From Candidatus Obscuribacterales bacterium (GTDB lineage: Bacteria > Cyanobacteriota > Vampirovibrionia > Obscuribacterales > Obscuribacteraceae): a DNA stretch of 64,000 bases. The stretch covers positions 352,001 through 416,000 of the forward strand of contig CBDDIJ010000002.1 of the NCBI GenBank assembly GCA_965228855.1. Reading direction: 5' to 3'. This document shows positions 53,092 to 62,423 of this stretch, piece after piece. Numbering within the stretch: position 1 is the first letter of the stretch; every line of letters begins with the position of its first letter. The notes beneath the pieces were generated by a model. That model had not been told where the DNA came from. It saw only the letters and a program-made list of their open reading frames with translations, and made no database searches. The translations under genes and the position numbers were made by a program.

Positions 53092-54201
53092 ATGTCCAGA
53101 CTGGCTCTCGTTCGTGACGAGAAATTTCGCGAACACCTGACACCGGAGGAGCATCCCGAGTCACCCGCCCGTCTTGTCGCAATCGATAAACGATTGAAGT
53201 CTATGGCACTGGAAACCGCGTTCAAACAGCTGGCACCGCGTGCGGCATCAGAAGACGAAATTGCCATAATCCATTCGCAGTCCTATATAGAGATGTTGAA
53301 GGAGGACTCCGAAGCAGCAAACAATCGTAAGAGTTTTATTCCACTGGACGGCGACACATTCATGAGTCCAAGAACTTACGATATTGCCAAGCTCGCTGCT
53401 GGAGCGGGTTTAGTAGGAGTCGAAGCGGTAAGCGGCGAGGAGCACGACAGTTCCTTCGTCGCAGTGCGACCTCCCGGGCACCATGCTCTGGTTGATAAAC
53501 CGATGGGATTCTGCCTCTTCAACAACGTAGCCATAGCGGCTCGCCATGCGCAAAAGAAGTTGAATGCCAAACGTGTCATGATTATCGACTGGGATGTGCA
53601 TCACGGAAACGGAACCCAGGACATATTCTACGATGACCCATCCGTTCTATTTTGCTCGCTCCACCAATACCCTTTCTGGCCGCCGGATTCCGGCTGGTTC
53701 ATGGAAGACGGCAAAGGCGAGGGACGCGGATACAACATCAACATTCCGCTGCCGAACGGTACAGGCGACCGCGGATACTTCGCCGCGTTCGATCGGCTTG
53801 TAAAGCCGGTTTGTGCAGAATATGCACCGGACGTAATCATGTTATCGGCTGGATACGACGCGCATGAACTTGACCCGCTCGCCCAGCAACGCATAACCAC
53901 GCTGGGTTTTGCGATGCTCTCCCAGAGAATTGCGGATTTGCGCGATATGACTGGAGCTAAATTGGTTTGCTTCCTCGAAGGCGGCTATAACACTCAATCG
54001 CTCTCGGAATCAGCGTTGGCGACGATGCAAATTTTGAATGCCGACAGCGCCGAAGCCTCTGCCGTCGTTCAAACTTCATATGCAATGCCGGCCGCATCCG
54101 GAGAAAAACCCATCAACCAAGACAAATCGCCGGACCGGGTGGACGAGCGCATTGAAGATATAAGGCAACACTTTTCGAAGTACTGGAAAAACTTGCGATA
54201 A
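53092..54201 (+). CDS. Histone deacetylase-family (class II-like) amidohydrolase
   Basis: HPESPAR, RPPGHHA, GFCLFNN, DWDVHHGNGTQ, LEGGY. Confidence 0.95.
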   Translation: MSRLALVRDEKFREHLTPEEHPESPARLVAIDKRLKSMALETAFKQLAPRAASEDEIAIIHSQSYIEMLKEDSEAANNRKSFIPLDGDTFMSPRTYDIAKLAAGAGLVGVEAVSGEEHDSSFVAVRPPGHHALVDKPMGFCLFNNVAIAARHAQKKLNAKRVMIIDWDVHHGNGTQDIFYDDPSVLFCSLHQYPFWPPDSGWFMEDGKGEGRGYNINIPLPNGTGDRGYFAAFDRLVKPVCAEYAPDVIMLSAGYDAHELDPLAQQRITTLGFAMLSQRIADLRDMTGAKLVCFLEGGYNTQSLSESALATMQILNADSAEASAVVQTSYAMPAASGEKPINQDKSPDRVDERIEDIRQHFSKYWKNLR

Positions 54202-54211
54202 CGATGACTCG

Positions 54212-55261
54212 ATGAACAGAATGTTCACGCTTAAAAACAGCACAGCGCTGCTCGTCGCGCTGATGCTAACAGCGTGCGCGCAAGAAACGCGAACTGAAGT
54301 ATCGTGGAAAACAAACTTCGATGACGCCAAGTATCTGGACATTCAACAAGATCGAGACAAGGCAAAGGAGCAGTACAAGCTCGCCCTGGCAAAGCTTCCG
54401 AAGGAAGAATTGCCGGACTGGCGCGCTGAAATTTTAGCGCGCCTGGCACGGCTTGAAGTTATTGACGGAAATCTGGAAGAAGCAAACAAACTCGCCGACG
54501 AAGCCTTGAAGCTGACCCTCGATCCCAAAGCTCAAGGTGAAAACCATGGCGAGGTTCTCATTGCCATCGATGACCTCGCCGAAGCCTACAGCGAGCGTTC
54601 CTACAAAGCCAAAAGCGACAGGGCATCCTGTCTGGCGATGGCAATAAAGTTGCTCGACGGGCCGTTCAAGCGTCCCAGCAAAGTTTTGAGCAGGAGCCGA
54701 GTGCAACTCGCCGCAATCTATCTTGTCAACGGCGAAAAACAGAAGGCAGAACCTCTGGCAAAAATTCTCATCGAAAGAGCTAAGGCAACCAAGACCCACA
54801 GGTCACTGCGCGAGTTAGCCGCGGGTTATAAAATTGCCGGTGACGAAAAACGATGCAAGGAAATTCTTGCAATCGAAAAGTCCCTTTTGAAGGAGCCCGG
54901 AAGAGAGGGTCCGATGCTTGCGCTCTTCACAGGCGAGGTCGCAAAACTCTACGCCGACAACGGGAAATATGAAGAAGCCGCCAAAACCATCACCGACTTG
55001 GAAGCGAAGATCAAACCTAAGAAGTTAACGGCGGCCTTCTACGAGCAGCTTGCCACCATATATGAGGCACAAGGGAAAGTCAAAGAAGCAGACGCCAGCT
55101 TTGAGGACGCCATCGAGGTTGACCGACCGAATCCCGCCCACAGAAAGGATCTCAGAAAACGCATGGAAGCCTACGCCCGCTATCTGCGCAGAACGCATCG
55201 CCAGCAAAAGGCCGATGAGATGCAAGCAAAAGCTGATGCGTTGCGCGATCAGAACTATTAA
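54212..55261 (+). CDS. TPR-like lipoprotein
   Basis: Lipobox LTAC; helical TPR-like repeats. Confidence 0.75.
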   Translation: MNRMFTLKNSTALLVALMLTACAQETRTEVSWKTNFDDAKYLDIQQDRDKAKEQYKLALAKLPKEELPDWRAEILARLARLEVIDGNLEEANKLADEALKLTLDPKAQGENHGEVLIAIDDLAEAYSERSYKAKSDRASCLAMAIKLLDGPFKRPSKVLSRSRVQLAAIYLVNGEKQKAEPLAKILIERAKATKTHRSLRELAAGYKIAGDEKRCKEILAIEKSLLKEPGREGPMLALFTGEVAKLYADNGKYEEAAKTITDLEAKIKPKKLTAAFYEQLATIYEAQGKVKEADASFEDAIEVDRPNPAHRKDLRKRMEAYARYLRRTHRQQKADEMQAKADALRDQNY

Positions 55262-55277
55262 TTAGTTTCAAAAACAC

Positions 55278-56246
55278 CTACCGAGCAGAGAACAAAGCAA
55301 GCGAAGTCTTTCTCTCCTTCGCCTGTGCAAGCGCCTTTTCGCAGGCGGCAAGCACGATTCCAGGATGCTCGCATGTGTCAGGGATGCTCGCCACGCCGGC
55401 GCAGAATATGCCCTGATTGGCGTCAAGACCAGGCTGAAGAGGACCTTCCATCAAAACCTTTTCGACTTTCTGACCAAATTGAATGGCGTCGTTAGAAGTG
55501 CTGCCAGGCAATATGAAGGCGAATTGTCGTTCTTTGTAATGCGAAACGATATCAACGCCTTTCATCACTGATTGAAATCGACGAAAAGCCTCTTTCAATG
55601 CGCGTTCCGGCATCGGCATGATCTTGTCGCCGCCGTAGTTAGCAAGGAGTTCAAAAACGATGACAGCCATAGGGGTCTTGAAAGCCTCATAACGAGAGTA
55701 CTCTCTCGCCATGAAGTAGAAGAAGCCCGCACGTGTGATAAAGCCGGTCTCCGGATTTCGAAGGTTTCGGTCGATTTCGTCCACCAGAGCCCGGTCGAAC
55801 TCCACCGGAGGCGGCAAGTTCAACTGCGGCACCGCCGGCGGTGCTGACAATCCTCCACCCTGCAAGCCTCCGTTAGGACCAGACAATTGGCTCACCGTCT
55901 GGCTTTTCGCTGGCAACGCAGCAGTTACGGAACGTTCGGCGCCACACTCGGCGACAATGAGACTCTCGATCAAAGTGGTATCATCACTGTCGAAGCTCCA
56001 GAGAACAGCAGCATCAGCGGTTTCACCCTGATATAAAACCCAGTTGGCGTCATCTTCGCCGGGGAAGCAAGAGACTTTCAGCAAAAAGGTCGGACTGGAC
56101 TGGCTCTTCCAGGGCAATTCGATGACCGCACTGGTGTTCTTTTTGGCTTGCTCAAGAGCAAAATCCAAATCTGCAGTGCCTGGAATATTGCTTAGCTTTC
56201 CCAGGCGCAGACTGGCGCCAGAGCTCGAATTATCATCTAGTGGCAT
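55278..56246 (-). CDS. Degenerate GGDEF-domain protein
   Basis: NPETGF...REYSR...DIVSHYKERQFAFILP...CAGVA; the GGDEF signature is replaced by KERQF. Confidence 0.7.
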   Translation of the reverse strand: MPLDDNSSSGASLRLGKLSNIPGTADLDFALEQAKKNTSAVIELPWKSQSSPTFLLKVSCFPGEDDANWVLYQGETADAAVLWSFDSDDTTLIESLIVAECGAERSVTAALPAKSQTVSQLSGPNGGLQGGGLSAPPAVPQLNLPPPVEFDRALVDEIDRNLRNPETGFITRAGFFYFMAREYSRYEAFKTPMAVIVFELLANYGGDKIMPMPERALKEAFRRFQSVMKGVDIVSHYKERQFAFILPGSTSNDAIQFGQKVEKVLMEGPLQPGLDANQGIFCAGVASIPDTCEHPGIVLAACEKALAQAKERKTSLALFSAR

Positions 56247-56831
56247 GTTTCAGGGAGTCCATTTACACAGCAAAACGGATTGGAAGAATGCGCGCACCTC
56301 GCAGTCGAGGCGTCAGCACCCTGCCATAAACTCTCTACCCACTGACGAGAACAAAATCACCCGGATCGATCGAGGACAGGAGCTGAAGCCGATCTCGCCT
56401 ACTGACAACCCGGAATTACCGAAAGAAACTCCTGAAATGACACTATGAAGAATACCTCACGTTAGCTATTTGCAGAGCTAGCGAAGCATCGCCAAAACCC
56501 GCACCTGTTGGCGTTCGCCCCGATCCGTATGTCCTGTTCCGGTCGAGCTCGGTATAGCTTTCCGAATCCAGAACCTTTCAAGCTAGTTATTATTAAACTC
56601 TTCGCGGTTGTCATCAAATACCGCCTATTACTACTTTAAAAGCATCATTAGTTTTTCTTTTGACCATCCAAACGCAAGCACTGTTATAGCTAGATTTTTC
56701 ACGCGACATTTTCCTCTACCCGAGGATAAATTCAACTCGCGCTGAGAACCTCGCTCTAGCTGTGCGCGTCACTGCTGTCGGCGTCTCGCGATGTCGACAT
56801 CACAGGCGTTAGCCTCCATAGGACAGGGAAT

Positions 56832-57851
56832 ATGATTCTCGCAAATCCACTATGGCTCTTGCTTGTGCTGCTGCTGCCAATCCCGTGGTTGGTGGCGCGA
56901 CGCAAGGGCTACGTCGGTCTACCCGGCGTCGGCAGAATCGCCCCCATTAAGGGCGGCTGGATTCTGCATCTGATTCCTGTTTTGCTTCTTGTCGCTGGTT
57001 TCGCAAGTTTGTCCATCGCACTGGCACGCCCTCAGAAGCTGCATGTTGTAACGACCAACTCGTTCAAGTCTCGCGACATTTTGATTGGCGTGGACATCTC
57101 CGGCTCGATGGCAGGACACTTCGGCAAACCGCCCGAGAGTGTCGTCGGCCAGACCGAGCTGGATAAGGACTTCCCAGGACGTCCCGATCGCCAGCCCAAG
57201 GGCAAGCAGGACCCGTTTAGCGGGATTGGTGAGCGGCGCATCGACAACGCGCAAGCAGCCACTCTCGACTTCATTCGCAACCGTTATCTCGCCAAAGCCG
57301 GCGACCGCGTCGGACTTTTCGTGTTCGACACCGAGCAGTACTGGCACTGGCCGCTGACGCATGACCTCAAGATGATCTACCGGAAAGTGCACTTTGCAGA
57401 CGAAGGTCTGGGCGGCGGCACCAATTTCGGCAGTTATCCTCCCGGTCCGCTCGACGCAGCTGCTGAGCATCTCGATGACATGGGTCGCGCCGCCACGCGC
57501 GTGCTGATCATGGTCACCGACTGCGAAGACAGCGTCTACGGCGACACTTTCAATCGCCTGGAAGCGCTCGCAGCAAAATACAGGTTGAAACTGTATGTCG
57601 TGGTCGTCGGCTCGTCGCAGGCGGACCCGGACATCATCCGGCTCGCCGAAGCGACCGGCGGAAAAGGTTTTCGCGCCGACAACCCTCAGGACCTCAAGGA
57701 CTGCTTTCAGACCATCGACAAGATGGAGCAGTCTACGGTCACTGTGGAGACTTCGGAGAACCGCGAAGAGCTTTTCTTCTACTTCGCCTGGGCGGCAATC
57801 GGTCTCTTTCTTCTCGGCACCATCGGCGAGGCACTCGTCCTCAACCGATAG
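56832..57851 (+). CDS. VWA-domain membrane protein (MxaC/BatA-like)
   Basis: N-terminal P.WLLL, ALARPQ, MIDAS DISGSM, DRVGLFVF, VTD. Confidence 0.88.
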   Translation: MILANPLWLLLVLLLPIPWLVARRKGYVGLPGVGRIAPIKGGWILHLIPVLLLVAGFASLSIALARPQKLHVVTTNSFKSRDILIGVDISGSMAGHFGKPPESVVGQTELDKDFPGRPDRQPKGKQDPFSGIGERRIDNAQAATLDFIRNRYLAKAGDRVGLFVFDTEQYWHWPLTHDLKMIYRKVHFADEGLGGGTNFGSYPPGPLDAAAEHLDDMGRAATRVLIMVTDCEDSVYGDTFNRLEALAAKYRLKLYVVVVGSSQADPDIIRLAEATGGKGFRADNPQDLKDCFQTIDKMEQSTVTVETSENREELFFYFAWAAIGLFLLGTIGEALVLNR

Positions 57852-57924
57852 TTCGATTGGCAGCAGGGTGAACAACTCCCGCCGGGAGTCGCTACTGCCG
57901 CCTGGAATCAGGAGTTAGCACACG

Positions 57925-58461
57925 ATGACAAATCTAGCAGATTTCATCCGTGCTTATCGTGTTCAGGCTATGACCCTACTGATGGTGGCAAGCATCTGCG
58001 CGTCGCTGTACGGGGTTTACCGCCTGGTTTCTTATTCGGTACCGATGGCGTCTGAGGATTTCGTTGGCGCAGTCGAATCGCCGGTTGCGGATCGTCCGCT
58101 GGTTCTCTACAACTTGGGGCTGCAAGCCTACAAGATGGAGAACCACGACATCGCCAAGCAGATTCTGACTGATGCGTTCAATGAGCTCACCAGGAACACG
58201 GGCGTGGTTCCTCCCGACAGGAAGGAACTCGCCGGCCAGATCCAGTTCATGCTGGGTGTGGTCAACGAACACGAAAAGCAGTTTCGCGTTGCGATCACGG
58301 CGTACGAAGATTGTCTTCGTCAGACGCCGGAGAATCTCAATGCCAAGTACAACCTCGAGCGGCTGAAGCAGCAATTTCCCGACATGGGCAAGGGCGGCTC
58401 ACCGCAAGATCCGTCCGGAGATCCCTCCTCCGGCAAACGCAATGACAAGAAGGGCATCTAG
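57925..58461 (+). CDS. TPR protein (MxaK/BatC-like)
   Basis: YNLG, A...Y..LR..P.NLNAKYNLE. Confidence 0.78.
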   Translation: MTNLADFIRAYRVQAMTLLMVASICASLYGVYRLVSYSVPMASEDFVGAVESPVADRPLVLYNLGLQAYKMENHDIAKQILTDAFNELTRNTGVVPPDRKELAGQIQFMLGVVNEHEKQFRVAITAYEDCLRQTPENLNAKYNLERLKQQFPDMGKGGSPQDPSGDPSSGKRNDKKGI

Positions 58462-58472
58462 GAGAGATAACT

Positions 58473-59600
58473 ATGCATCTCATCAATCCGACGGTGCTCT
58501 GGCTGCTCGTGGCGATTCCGCCGCTGGCAGGCTTGGCACTGTGGTTCGCCTGGAAACAGAACGAAAGTTTCCAGGATCGTTTCGGTGACAGAAAGCTGTT
58601 CGGGCGGCTCTCCGAGTTCGTCACGTCCGGCACTTACGCGGTCAAGGCAGTCTGCCTGATCGTGGGATTGTCACTACTAGTGGTGGCGCTCGCGCGTCCG
58701 TCGATTAAGAACGGTACCGCTGAGTTCCCGCACGGTAACATCGATGTGATTGCCATCGTCGACGTCAGTCGCTCGATGGCGGTGCCTGACTACAAAGGCA
58801 CACTCGATGGCACCACCTATGCCGAAGGGCGCAGGCTGGATATGGCGCGGCATCTTATCCTCACGGACATGATTCCGTCGCTCAACTACAACCGGCTCGG
58901 CATCGTATCCTACGCCGGCTCCGGTTTCCCGATGGCCTTCCTGTCGGACGACATGCTGGCACTGGACTGGATGCTGAAACGCGCGCTCGTCATGGGCAGC
59001 GCTCCGGGCGAAAACTCGGAACTCGGCAAAGCCTTCCAGATGGCAAACACGCTGTTCGACCTCGACTCGAAGCCGGGGAATCGGCGCATCGTCGTGCTGT
59101 TCTCGGATGGTGGCAACGACACGGAACTGCCGGAATTGCATGAGGCGATTGCCGAAATGCAAAAGCGCGGTGTCGAGCTCATCATCGTCGGTCTCGGCAA
59201 GCCAGTCGGACAGCCCATCCCGGTGAAGCTTCTGAGCAGAGCGGACCAAAACCGCTTCTCCGACTCGGAGTTCTACCAGCACGAGGGACAAACGGTCACG
59301 TCCAAGCTCGAGGAGAACACGCTTCTTCTCATGCGCAACATGACAGGCGCGCGCTATGTTCGCGTCGTCAATCCGTCCGACTTCAAGATTGGCAATCTGA
59401 TTTCGCGGGCCGATGTAAAATTCAAAGATGGTGAACAGGAACTGTTCGTCTGGCCGCTCATGTTGGCGGCGCTGTTCCTGATGGCCACTCTGTTCATCCC
59501 ACGCACTCGCAAGAGCGGTAATTTGTCGCAATACAAGTTCCGCCGAGACGAGAAGCATAAGTCTCCTGGTCGAGCGCAACGCGACCGGGCGAACGAATGA
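58473..59600 (+). CDS. VWA-domain membrane protein (MxaL/BatB-like)
   Basis: ALARP, DVSRSM, LFSDG. Confidence 0.88.
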   Translation: MHLINPTVLWLLVAIPPLAGLALWFAWKQNESFQDRFGDRKLFGRLSEFVTSGTYAVKAVCLIVGLSLLVVALARPSIKNGTAEFPHGNIDVIAIVDVSRSMAVPDYKGTLDGTTYAEGRRLDMARHLILTDMIPSLNYNRLGIVSYAGSGFPMAFLSDDMLALDWMLKRALVMGSAPGENSELGKAFQMANTLFDLDSKPGNRRIVVLFSDGGNDTELPELHEAIAEMQKRGVELIIVGLGKPVGQPIPVKLLSRADQNRFSDSEFYQHEGQTVTSKLEENTLLLMRNMTGARYVRVVNPSDFKIGNLISRADVKFKDGEQELFVWPLMLAALFLMATLFIPRTRKSGNLSQYKFRRDEKHKSPGRAQRDRANE

Positions 59601-59615
59601 GGCAAGGAGTTTTCC

Positions 59616-60596
59616 ATGAAAACAATCCTGACCAACCTCGTCGCGCTCGTCGTCTGCGTGTCCCTCGCACTCGGGGGTCTCGTGTGGCTGACCAAGAGCG
59701 ACTTGACGGCTTGGCCTGATTTCAGCGCCGCCTCGCAAAATCCGGAAGATCCCCTGTCACCGCAGGTGGTGTCGGATTTCGATCGCGATTTCGGCTGGCG
59801 CATCGGGGACATTGTTCCCGTTCAGCTCTACCTGCACCAGAAGCCCGGCACCATTGTGGACCTCCACAGCCTGGCGGTGGAAGGGGACTTCGACATTCTC
59901 GAAGAACCCACGATCGTCACTCGCGACTACGAAGACGGCTCGAAGGACATCGGCATCAAGTTCCGAATCCAGAGCATGTCTCCCGCGAAGAAGCTCAACC
60001 TGAAGGTGAGCATGCTCTACCGGCATCTCGCCGGCGGTGACGACAAGCTGATTTCGATTCCCGCATTCGAAGCATACACCTCGCCGACCTGGGATGGTCG
60101 CGACATCATCAAGGATGGCAAGCCGGATTTCATCCAGGAGCACCACATGCTCTGGACCCTGGCGTTCATCTTCGGTGGTATCGCCCTTGCCACCACTGCG
60201 CGCTCCATGCGCCGGCGGTTCGTCGCCGAGGTCGAGCGCGCAAAGAAGAAAGCCTGGGAGACGCGAAGGCAGACCGCCAGACGCGAATTCGACGAAGCCT
60301 GGGCGCGTTTCGAAGCCGGTGAATACCGAGTTGAAAACTACAAAGCGATTGTTCGATGCCTGCGCAAGCTGTTTCGCATCGAATCAAAGGTCCGGCGCGA
60401 GATCGAGCTGGAACTCGGAGGCGGTCATCCCTATCGGGAGCAGACGCTGAAGATTCTCGAGATCACCAGCCGGGTCCTGTACGAAGAACGCGTCCTCAGC
60501 CGGGACGAGCACCAATCCATCAAAGATCTGTTCGATCAGATCGTCCCACCTCAAGTGGGACCAGGAGCGGTCGCCGAAGGCCAGAACGCGAACTAG
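59616..60596 (+). CDS. MxaA/BatD-like membrane protein
   Basis: RDFGWRIGD motif, central TM, helical C-terminus; operon context. Confidence 0.6.
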   Translation: MKTILTNLVALVVCVSLALGGLVWLTKSDLTAWPDFSAASQNPEDPLSPQVVSDFDRDFGWRIGDIVPVQLYLHQKPGTIVDLHSLAVEGDFDILEEPTIVTRDYEDGSKDIGIKFRIQSMSPAKKLNLKVSMLYRHLAGGDDKLISIPAFEAYTSPTWDGRDIIKDGKPDFIQEHHMLWTLAFIFGGIALATTARSMRRRFVAEVERAKKKAWETRRQTARREFDEAWARFEAGEYRVENYKAIVRCLRKLFRIESKVRREIELELGGGHPYREQTLKILEITSRVLYEERVLSRDEHQSIKDLFDQIVPPQVGPGAVAEGQNAN

Positions 60597-60601
60597 CAGC
60601 C

Positions 60602-60658
60602 GAACGGACCGTCCGCGAAGGGGCTTGTAACCCTGGTTGCGGACGGTCCCGTTCTTTT
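60602..60658 (+). terminator. Probable intrinsic terminator
   Basis: GAACGGACCGTCCGC...GCGGACGGTCCGTTC followed by TTTT. Confidence 0.75.
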
Positions 60659-60713
60659 CACGCTTAGCCCGCGCGAGACAACTGCTCGTGCGGACTCCAA
60701 TCGAGTAACTGCC

Positions 60714-61577
60714 ATGACTAAAAGGACTTTCACCCTTCTCGTCGGAGTCCTCCTGCTGGTCGCATTTGCGCCAGTCTGGGCATCCTTGCAGTCCGGGAAG
60801 GGACAAACCATTTCAAATGAGAGGTCATCCTCACAAAAAACCGAATCCATTGCTCGCGGACGTTCGGCGAAAGCCGCTGTTCGCACCCATGAAAACTGCG
60901 TCGACGCGGAGGAAGCCTGCCTGCCGCCCGAAGCACCACCGGTGCTACCACTCAACGGCATCACGATCTTGCTGGACGCCGGTCACGGCGGCAGCGACAG
61001 CGGTGCCATTCGTGCCGGTGTCTACGAAAAGGACGTCAACCTGTCGGTGACCTTGAAGCTCCGCGACCTGCTGGTAAAGCAAGGCGCGACTGTTTATCTC
61101 ACGCGCAAGGACGATACTTTTCTGACACTCGACGAGCGCAAAGCGCTCATCGCGAAGTACGCCCCCACCCTCTTCTTGAGCATTCATTCGAATGCCAATG
61201 ACAAAACCGCAATCGACGGAATTGAGGCGTACTACTGGAATACCGTCAGTCCGACGCTCGCCCAGTCTATTTACCAGGCTGTCGCAGATGGCCTGGGCGA
61301 GCGAGGAAACTGGGTCCGCAAGCGCGAACTTGCCGTGGTACACCACGACTTCGCGCCAGCCGCCCTCATCGAAATCGGCTATTTGTCGAACGCACGCACG
61401 CGCAAGCTGCTCGCGGACGACAAATATCAAACTCGCGTTGCCGACTCGATTGAAGACGGAATCCTCGACTACGTTTCGAAACAGCGCCCTGGAGGCGCTG
61501 GTGGTCCTTCCGGAAACGGAAGCGACACCCCTACCGCTAAGCCTCCCGCGGACAAGTTGTCCGTGGTCGGCCTTTAG
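60714..61577 (+). CDS. N-acetylmuramoyl-L-alanine amidase (Amidase_3)
   Basis: LDAGHGG.D.GA, EKDVNL, SIHSN, LIEIGYLSN; signal peptide. Confidence 0.93.
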   Translation: MTKRTFTLLVGVLLLVAFAPVWASLQSGKGQTISNERSSSQKTESIARGRSAKAAVRTHENCVDAEEACLPPEAPPVLPLNGITILLDAGHGGSDSGAIRAGVYEKDVNLSVTLKLRDLLVKQGATVYLTRKDDTFLTLDERKALIAKYAPTLFLSIHSNANDKTAIDGIEAYYWNTVSPTLAQSIYQAVADGLGERGNWVRKRELAVVHHDFAPAALIEIGYLSNARTRKLLADDKYQTRVADSIEDGILDYVSKQRPGGAGGPSGNGSDTPTAKPPADKLSVVGL

Positions 61578-61610
61578 CGTTCGCAATCAACGAATAGGAG
61601 AAACAGAATC

Positions 61611-61973
61611 ATGGAATTTCTGATCAGCATCGCGCTGCAAGTCCTGGCCCTTCTCGTCGTCGTCCCCGCCGTCACCGGCAACGGCGTCGCTGTTCGCCAG
61701 GGCGGCTTCTTCCGTGGTCTGCTCGTGCTCTTCTGCATCGGGCTCACCAACATGATCCTCTGGTTCGGGCTCACGCTCGTGACCGTGGGCATGACCATCG
61801 TCACCCAGTGGCTGACCTTCGGTCTCGTCGGTCTCCTGATCAACGCGCTGGCGATCAAACTCGTCGGCAATGCCCTCAACGACGTCCTCTACGTCCGCAG
61901 CTACGGCTCGGCGTTCCTGGCGGCCATCGTGATGGTGCTGACCAACTGCGCCATCCGCTACTTCCTGTTCTAA
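61611..61973 (+). CDS. 4-TM phage-holin-family (YvlD-like) membrane protein
   Basis: Four hydrophobic segments; LTFGL..L.INA and SAFLAAIV motifs. Confidence 0.75.
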   Translation: MEFLISIALQVLALLVVVPAVTGNGVAVRQGGFFRGLLVLFCIGLTNMILWFGLTLVTVGMTIVTQWLTFGLVGLLINALAIKLVGNALNDVLYVRSYGSAFLAAIVMVLTNCAIRYFLF

Positions 61974-62047
61974 CGAACAGCCGCTGAGAAGCAGCACCCG
62001 GAACCGCTCACAAAGCGACTTCCGGGTGCTGCCCTCCTCCAGAATTC

Positions 62048-62297
62048 CTACTATAAAGCCCAGTGTTTCCGTTTCTTCCAAATCGCACTCTGACACAGGG
62101 TTTAGGATGCCACTATGTGCGAGCTCAATCGATTTTGTCTATCACACGATGACGAATTTCGCGAAAAGTGTCATCTTGTCGTAGACAGACTCAGAGTTTC
62201 CGCGGTCAAAGCACCCGGGACTCGTAGCAAAGAAGCGCTCACCCACTGCTTTTAAGAGCGGCAGGACGCTAGCCAAGTTTACTTGTCTTTATAGTAG
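62048..62297. repeat. Arm-core-arm element, locus 10 (core 62136-62187)
   Basis: CTACTATA at 62048; core TGTCTATC-ACACG-ATGACGAA-TTTCGCGAAA-AGTGTCAT-CTTGT-CGTAGACA; TATAGTAG at 62290; lies between convergent genes. Confidence 0.9.
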
Positions 62298-62423
62298 CAA
62301 AATTTGAAAAAAAAAACGGCGACGAAAGCGCCGTGTTCCAGTTTGTTTTCCTTTTGCGGACGTTCAGACAAGGGACAAGCCGGATTTCTCCGGCTTGTCC
62401 CTTTTCCGATGCGGCGATGGTGT

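Noticed and set aside
60714..61973. Prophage lysis cassette (amidase + holin)
   Set aside because: The amidase has a signal peptide, YvlD-like proteins are common in chromosomes, and no phage structural genes are present.
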